The translations under genes and the position numbers were made by a program. This document shows positions 58,571 through 64,000 of a stretch of 64,000 nucleotides of DNA, piece by piece. Origin of the DNA: Candidatus Binatota bacterium (GTDB lineage: Bacteria > Desulfobacterota > Binatia > UBA1149). The stretch is from the NCBI GenBank assembly GCA_012960245.1, contig DUBO01000056.1, forward strand, positions 40,859 through 104,858. Reading direction: 5' to 3'. The notes under the pieces were generated by a model. That model was not told the origin of the DNA, did not search any database, and saw nothing but the letters and a program-made list of their open reading frames with translations. Positions within the stretch are counted from its first letter, which is position 1; each line of letters opens with the position of its first letter.

Positions 58571-60601
58571 ATGGCAAGCTCGATTATCTGGACATTGGTT
58601 CTTACTGGTTTCGCTGGGCTCTTTGCCTGGCAGATGTATCGGCGCTTCAAGCCCCTGCTCAAGGCTCAGCCCACGCCTTTTGCACGCGTCGACCGTATTC
58701 CTGAGCGCCTGAAGCACACGCTTGTATACGCCATCGGGCAACTCAAGTTTATCCGCGGCGAGCAGCCCGCTGGCGTCATGCACGCCATGGTCTTCTGGGG
58801 CTTTCTCATACTGGGCGGGCAGGTAGCAACCATGTTCCTGCGCGGCTGGGCGCCCGAGGCCAACCTGCCGCTTCTCGCGGTTGACCAGCTGGGTGGCCCC
58901 TACATGCTGCTGCGCGACCTCACCGAGGTCATCGTCTGCGTGACTGCACTCGGCCTGCTATCACGCTGGCTCATTACCCACCCGCAGCGCCTGTACGGTT
59001 TTAAGCCAGCCGAGGAAAAAATCGCCGGAGCTTCTCACTGGGAGGCCATGCTGATTCTCTGCTTCATAGCGGGCATAACCATGAGCGGCCTGGTTTACGA
59101 CGCTGGCCGCCTGGTGTTCCTCAAGGGGCATTCCGAGATCGAGGCCGAGAGGGCCTGGCAACCTGTCGCGAACCTGCTGTCGGGCCTGCTGGCCCAGGGT
59201 GGTCCGTCGGCGGCCGAGAGCGTGAGCAACGCGGCCTGGTGGATACATAACCTGATCGTGCTCACCTTCCTCAACATGTTACCGCTCTCAAAGCACTTTC
59301 ATGTCATAACGGCCATTCCCAATGTTTTCATGAGCAAGCTCGATCCGGTGGGTGCACTGTCGAAGCAGGATCTCGAGACCGCCGAGATTTACGGCACCTC
59401 GCAGATGGCTCACTTCGACTGGAAGCAGGTGCTCGACATGTACACCTGCACCGAGTGCGGCCGCTGCTCGTCGGTGTGTCCGGCCACGGCCACCAACAAG
59501 CCGCTGGCTCCGCGTCAGATGCTGCTCGACCTGCGCGATTACCTTTACGAGAAGCCCGAGTCGATACTCGACGAGAGTTACGACGAGAAGATAGTGGGCG
59601 ACAACTGCATCAGCGACGAGGTCATCTGGTCGTGTACTACCTGCCGGGCCTGCGAAGATGCCTGCCCGGTGCACATAGAGTACGTGGACAAGATCGTCGA
59701 TATGCGGCGTCACCTGGTGCAGGAAGAAGCACGGTTTCCCGCCGAGTTGACTCGCACCTTCAAGGGCCTGGAGACCCAGGGCAACCCCTGGGGCATAGGT
59801 GCCGACAAGAAGGCCGACTGGGCCGAGGGCCTGGGCATTCCCCACCTGGCGGACAAGCCCGACGCCGAGTACCTGTTCTACGTGGGTTGCGCGGGCTCGT
59901 TCGACGACCGTGCAAAAAAAATCACCCAGGCCGTGGCTCGCATACTCGACGCTGCGGGCGTGAGCTACGCCATACTGGGGCGCGATGAACCCTGCAACGG
60001 CGACACGGCGCGCCGCCTGGGCAACGAGTACCTGTACCAGACCATGGCCCAGGCCGCGGTCGACGTGCTGGCAGGCTTCAACGTAAAGAAGGTGATCACC
60101 AACTGTCCGCACTGCTTCAACACAATACGCAACGAGTTTCCGCAGTTCGGCGGCGATTTCGAGGTGCTGCACGCGTCCGAGCTGGTGGCCGGCCTGGTAA
60201 AGGACGGCAGCGTACGCATAAGCCGCGAGGCAGCCCAGACCATCGTCTACCACGATTCGTGCTACCTGGGCCGCTACAACGAGGTATACGACGCCCCGCG
60301 CGAGATACTCGCGGCCATACCGGGAGTGATACTGGCCGAGGCCGAGCGCAGCCGTAACGTGGGCATGTGCTGTGGTGCCGGTGGCGGCCGCATGTGGGTG
60401 GAAGAAGAACCCACGCAGCGCGTGAACACGCTCAGGGTCGAGCAGCTACTCGAAACAAAGCCGGACGTGATAGCCTCGGCCTGTCCCTACTGCATGACCA
60501 TGCTCGACGATGGCATCAAGGGGAAGGGGCTCGAGGAGACCGTGCAGGCCCGCGACGTGCTTGAGATAGTGGCCGACGCCATCGAGTCATCCCCGGCCTG
60601 A
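58571..60601 (+). CDS. Membrane-bound Fe-S oxidoreductase: cytochrome-b-like TM domain plus two [4Fe-4S] motifs plus two CCG domains (HdrD/GlpC-like; EtfAB-associated type)
   Basis: 676 aa. N-terminal helices with conserved His ([29 protein letters not shown]). [12 protein letters not shown] and [15 protein letters not shown]-type motifs [18 protein letters not shown] and CCGAGGG. Convergent with etfA. Confidence 0.8.
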   Translation: MASSIIWTLVLTGFAGLFAWQMYRRFKPLLKAQPTPFARVDRIPERLKHTLVYAIGQLKFIRGEQPAGVMHAMVFWGFLILGGQVATMFLRGWAPEANLPLLAVDQLGGPYMLLRDLTEVIVCVTALGLLSRWLITHPQRLYGFKPAEEKIAGASHWEAMLILCFIAGITMSGLVYDAGRLVFLKGHSEIEAERAWQPVANLLSGLLAQGGPSAAESVSNAAWWIHNLIVLTFLNMLPLSKHFHVITAIPNVFMSKLDPVGALSKQDLETAEIYGTSQMAHFDWKQVLDMYTCTECGRCSSVCPATATNKPLAPRQMLLDLRDYLYEKPESILDESYDEKIVGDNCISDEVIWSCTTCRACEDACPVHIEYVDKIVDMRRHLVQEEARFPAELTRTFKGLETQGNPWGIGADKKADWAEGLGIPHLADKPDAEYLFYVGCAGSFDDRAKKITQAVARILDAAGVSYAILGRDEPCNGDTARRLGNEYLYQTMAQAAVDVLAGFNVKKVITNCPHCFNTIRNEFPQFGGDFEVLHASELVAGLVKDGSVRISREAAQTIVYHDSCYLGRYNEVYDAPREILAAIPGVILAEAERSRNVGMCCGAGGGRMWVEEEPTQRVNTLRVEQLLETKPDVIASACPYCMTMLDDGIKGKGLEETVQARDVLEIVADAIESSPA

Positions 60602-60638
60602 CCGCCGGTCATCAGCGGCCGGGGCGGCAGGCCTGGTG

Positions 60639-61604
60639 TCAGGCCAGGGCCTTAACCTTCTCGGTCAACTCGGGCACGGCCTCGAAGAGATCGGCCACCA
60701 GTCCGAAGTCGGCGACACTGAAGATCGGCGCATCCGCGTCCTTGTTGATGGCCACTATGACCTTCGAGTCTTTCATGCCCGCGAGGTGCTGGATGGCGCC
60801 CGAGATGCCCACGCCTATGTAGAGCGTGGGCGCGATGACCTTGCCGGTCTGGCCCACCTGCAGGTCGTTGGGCACGTAGCCCGCGTCCACCGCGGCACGG
60901 CTGGCGCCCATGGCTGCGCCCAGCGCGTCGACCAGGGGCTCGAGCACCGTGGTGAAGTTCTCTGCGGACTTCAGTCCGCGGCCACCGGCCACGACGCGCT
61001 CGGCCTCGGTCAGGACCGGGCGGTCCGACACCGTGGCGTCGAGCTTTACGAACTCTACCGCGTTGCCGGGCTTTTCTATGCTCAGCGACAGGTCCTCGCT
61101 GGCCGATGCCGCCGCGCCCTCTACGGGCTCGAAAGCAGTGGTTCGTACCGACACCACCTTGAAGTCCGACTCCAGCTTGACGGTGGCAAACACGTTGCCC
61201 GCGTACATGGGACGGACGAAGGTGCCGTCGTCGTTGACGGCGGTCACGTCGCTGGCGATCGCAGCCTCGGCGGCCGCCGCCAGGCGCGGGGCGATGTCCT
61301 TGCCCGCGGTCGTCGCGGCAAACACCACGGTGTCAGAGCCGGTGGCCTCGGCCACGGCTTTCATGGTCAGGGTCCTGATGTCGGCTGTCTCGTGCTCGAG
61401 GTCGGCGCTTTCTACGCACACGACCTTTGTTGCGCCCAGTTGCGCAGCCGCATCCTTGACGCCACCGAGATCGTTGCCCAGCAGGGCCAGTATAGTGTCA
61501 CCGCCGCTCGCGGCAGCGATCTGCTGCGCGGCACCCACTGCAACGGCCGTGGCCTTGGGGATGTTTCCGCCAGCGTGCTCTCCATAAATAAGTACGTTAC
61601 CCAC
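60639..61604 (-). CDS. etfA: Electron transfer flavoprotein alpha subunit
   Basis: 321 aa. The FAD-binding C-terminal half has [19 protein letters not shown] and [12 protein letters not shown]. Confidence 0.95.
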   Translation of the reverse strand: MGNVLIYGEHAGGNIPKATAVAVGAAQQIAAASGGDTILALLGNDLGGVKDAAAQLGATKVVCVESADLEHETADIRTLTMKAVAEATGSDTVVFAATTAGKDIAPRLAAAAEAAIASDVTAVNDDGTFVRPMYAGNVFATVKLESDFKVVSVRTTAFEPVEGAAASASEDLSLSIEKPGNAVEFVKLDATVSDRPVLTEAERVVAGGRGLKSAENFTTVLEPLVDALGAAMGASRAAVDAGYVPNDLQVGQTGKVIAPTLYIGVGISGAIQHLAGMKDSKVIVAINKDADAPIFSVADFGLVADLFEAVPELTEKVKALA

Positions 61605-61631
61605 TTGAATTCTCCTTGTCCGGGGATCCGC

Positions 61632-62384
61632 TTAGAGGACCTTGGCTTCGCCCTGCAGGGCGGTGATCAGTTCGTCTACGCTTTCAACCACGCGGCCTGC
61701 CGCCCGTTCCGGGGGAGGCTCGACGCTCACGATGGTGACCGACCTGCCGAGTTCAATGCCCAGCGAAGCGGCGTCTACCTCTTCCATGGGCTTCTTGCGC
61801 GCTTTCATGATTCCAGGCAGCGATGCGTAACGCGGCTCGTTCAGGCGCAGGTCGGCGGTTATCACCGCGGGCAGCGGAAACGACAGGGTCTCGAGTCCAC
61901 CGTCTATTTCGCGCACGCAGGTAGCGCTGCCGCCGCCGTCGGCCAGCTCGAGCTCCGAGATAAAGGTAGCCTGCGGCCAGCCCAGTCTCTGCGCGAGCAT
62001 CTGTCCGACCTCGTTGGAATCGTCGTCGATGGCCTGCTTGCCCATGATGACGAGATCGGGACTTTCTTTCTCGACGATTTTTTCGAGTATGCGCGACACG
62101 ACCGTGGGGTCGGGGTTGTCGGCACTCACCAGGATGGCCCTGTCGGCGCCCATGGCCAGCCCCGTGCGCAACTGTTCCTGGCTGTCGCTGTTACCGACCG
62201 AAACGATCACGACCTCGGATTCACCCTGGGATTCCTTGATCTGCAAGGCCTGCTCAATTGCTATTTCATCAAAGGGGTTTACCACCCACTTGATACCCGC
62301 CTCTTCTATTCCCGTTCCGTCCGCGTTGACCTTGATCGTGGTCTCCGGGTCCGGGACGCGCTTGGCGGTCACCAGAATCTTCAC
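61632..62384 (-). CDS. etfB: Electron transfer flavoprotein beta subunit
   Basis: 250 aa. MKILVTAKRVPD...VNPFDEIAIEQAL signature. Confidence 0.95.
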   Translation of the reverse strand: MKILVTAKRVPDPETTIKVNADGTGIEEAGIKWVVNPFDEIAIEQALQIKESQGESEVVIVSVGNSDSQEQLRTGLAMGADRAILVSADNPDPTVVSRILEKIVEKESPDLVIMGKQAIDDDSNEVGQMLAQRLGWPQATFISELELADGGGSATCVREIDGGLETLSFPLPAVITADLRLNEPRYASLPGIMKARKKPMEEVDAASLGIELGRSVTIVSVEPPPERAAGRVVESVDELITALQGEAKVL

Positions 62385-62648
62385 TGTTTATCTCCTCCTG
62401 ATTGCCTGCAGTTTGAGCTGGTCTATTCGGCGAAAACCGCCCAGCCCACTACGGTCAAAGCGGTCACGCAGGGCAACCGTTCCGACGATGGAATCCGGCA
62501 GAATTACCACGCAGCGCGTTAGGACACAAGCCGGCACCGGGGGAGGTCGAGTCACTGATCCCTGGCGACAGCGCGCCGGCTTGCCTCGGGCTGGTTAACT
62601 GGCAACAGTCCCGGCGCGGGCAGGCGTTGGCCGGCAGGGGAACAGAAC

Positions 62649-63572
62649 ATGGCGCGTATACTTTTACTTGGACAGGCGGCATTCGGCCGAGACGTGCTGG
62701 CGGGGTTGCTCGCGGCGGGGCACGAGATAAGCGCGGTATCTTTGCCCCCCGATAGGGAGGGAAGGGCGCTGGACCCGCTCAAGGAGGCCGCGCTGGCTGC
62801 GGGCCTGGACACCGTGCAGAGGCGGAGCTATCGCGACGCCGACGCGGCCTCGGCCCTGCGCGCCAATACGGTGGACATCGCCGTGCTCGCCTTCGTGACG
62901 CAGATAATTCCGGTGGAGCTACTCGACGCCCCGCGCCTGGCGTCGCTGTGTTTTCACCCCTCGCTTCTACCGGCCTACCGCGGGGGCTCGGCCATCAACT
63001 GGCAGATCATCCGTGGCGAAACCCGCGGTGGCCTGGCGCTGTTTCGGCCCGACGCCGGCCTTGACGCCGGGCCAGTGTATCTCGAAAAGGAACTCGTCAT
63101 CGGCCCCGACGACACCGCGGGCTCATACTACTACTCGACGGTGTTCGAAACCGGTGTGGCGGCGACCCTGGAGTCGGTGGAGCTGTTGTTGGCGGGTGAA
63201 GCCGTGCCCAGGGTGCAGGACGAATCCCTGGCCAGCTACGACCCGCTGTGCCGGGACGAGCACGCGGTTGTCGATTTTGACAGGCCCCGCGACGGTCTCC
63301 ACGATCTCGTCAGGGGCTGCGATCCTTCGCCCGGCGCGCACTGCCAGTGGCGCGGCGAAACACTGCGGCTCTACGGCTCGCGAAAGGTGGACGGCGAACG
63401 CGCCGCCGCCGGTACCGTGCTGGTCATCGACGATGATGGTATGACCGTGGCCTGCGCTGACGGGGCGTTGCGCTTTGCCCGCCTGGGTACCGCTAGCGTA
63501 CGCAAGGCCGCGGCCGCCGAGCTGGCCGATGGCCTGGGCCTTGCGGTAGGGGCACGCCTGGAAGTGGCCTGA
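62649..63572 (+). CDS. Formyltransferase-family protein resembling the N-terminal hydrolase domain of 10-formyl-THF dehydrogenase
   Basis: 307 aa. ILLLGQAAFGRDV, HPSLLPAYRGGSAINWQIIRGETRGGLALFRPDAGLDAGPV, and a C-terminal Fmt-like beta-barrel. Matched from memory to the Fmt and ALDH1L1 N-domain patterns. Confidence 0.75.
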   Translation: MARILLLGQAAFGRDVLAGLLAAGHEISAVSLPPDREGRALDPLKEAALAAGLDTVQRRSYRDADAASALRANTVDIAVLAFVTQIIPVELLDAPRLASLCFHPSLLPAYRGGSAINWQIIRGETRGGLALFRPDAGLDAGPVYLEKELVIGPDDTAGSYYYSTVFETGVAATLESVELLLAGEAVPRVQDESLASYDPLCRDEHAVVDFDRPRDGLHDLVRGCDPSPGAHCQWRGETLRLYGSRKVDGERAAAGTVLVIDDDGMTVACADGALRFARLGTASVRKAAAAELADGLGLAVGARLEVA

Positions 63573-63575
63573 CCT

Positions 63576-64000
63576 TCAGTCGCCAACCGTTGCCGCGTTG
63601 GCCGCTACCTGGTCGAGTATGGCCACGACTTCTTCGGTGGACGTGTACAACACCGTCTGCCAGCCCAACGAGCGAGCGGCCTTGAGGTTGATGCCCAGGT
63701 CGTCCACGAAGAGGATGGCCTCGTGGTCCACGGCCAGCCGCTCGCGCGTGAGTTCGTATATGCGCCGTTCGGGTTTGCGCGTGCCGACCTCGCTGGAGTC
63801 GACGATCACGTTGAACAGGCCGCCCAGCGAGGGAAGGCTCTGCCACTGCTGTCGCCACTCGGTCACGTTGTTGGTGAGCAGGGCCACCGGCATGCTCGCC
63901 GCTAACCGCCTCACGGCCTCTATCATGGGCTGCCGCACGGCCGACTCGTCTCCCAGTGGGCGGGGGTCGCCCAGCACGGCGTCGGCCTGTTCGGCGGTGA
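63576..64000 (-). CDS. HAD-superfamily hydrolase, C-terminal part (N-terminus beyond the right window edge)
   Basis: GTRKPERRIY and LFVDDLGINLKAA (HAD motifs III/IV). The reading frame stays open to position 64000, and the DxD motif I is missing from the visible part. Confidence 0.7.
   Translation of the reverse strand, partial: TAEQADAVLGDPRPLGDESAVRQPMIEAVRRLAASMPVALLTNNVTEWRQQWQSLPSLGGLFNVIVDSSEVGTRKPERRIYELTRERLAVDHEAILFVDDLGINLKAARSLGWQTVLYTSTEEVVAILDQVAANAATVGD

Noticed and set aside
60636-62522. 628-aa plus-strand ORF covering both etfA and etfB
   Set aside because: It runs antisense across two clearly real genes and their spacer. No recognisable domain, and Arg/Gly/His-rich composition.

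Overview
GC-rich (mid-60s % by eye, not computed) chromosomal segment of a Gram-negative bacterium. LolA, TolC, a BBP2-type porin and an outer-membrane lipoprotein-sorting protein support the Gram-negative call. The window is almost wall-to-wall housekeeping genes, many joined by 4-nt start/stop overlaps. Order: two ArsA-like ATPases, glpK, rpmE-prfA-prmC-murA, hisDBHAF, trxB, moaC, radC, ssb, uppP, ftsK-lolA-rimO, a dksA-like gene, queE-glpD, folE, tolC, a class-V aminotransferase with serA, purA, ggt, an argA-like gene, dus-queD, pepP, sppA and HIT/HAD genes. A long minus-strand string follows: a methylmalonyl-CoA decarboxylase operon (Na+-pump type), the acyl-CoA mutase catalytic subunit, a decayed arginine decarboxylase gene, rnr and a frameshifted htrA. 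The window ends with an Fe-S/cytochrome-b oxidoreductase convergent with etfBA. I saw no rRNA, tRNA, CRISPR array, transposase, integrase or phage gene. The only accessory-looking stretch is about 33.8-39.9 kb. It has lower GC, large spacers and strong terminators, and holds a porin with a 399-nt leader, a tusA-like gene, an 818-aa secreted protein with about 66 cysteines, a LolA-like protein and an orphan XRE regulator. I cannot honestly identify a complete novel multi-gene system. The best second-look candidates are the cysteine-rich protein and its island, the porin leader, the two decayed genes, the poly-Glu insertion in FtsK and several small tandem or inverted repeats at gene junctions. 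All functional calls rest on motif recognition and memory of protein families, not on database searches.
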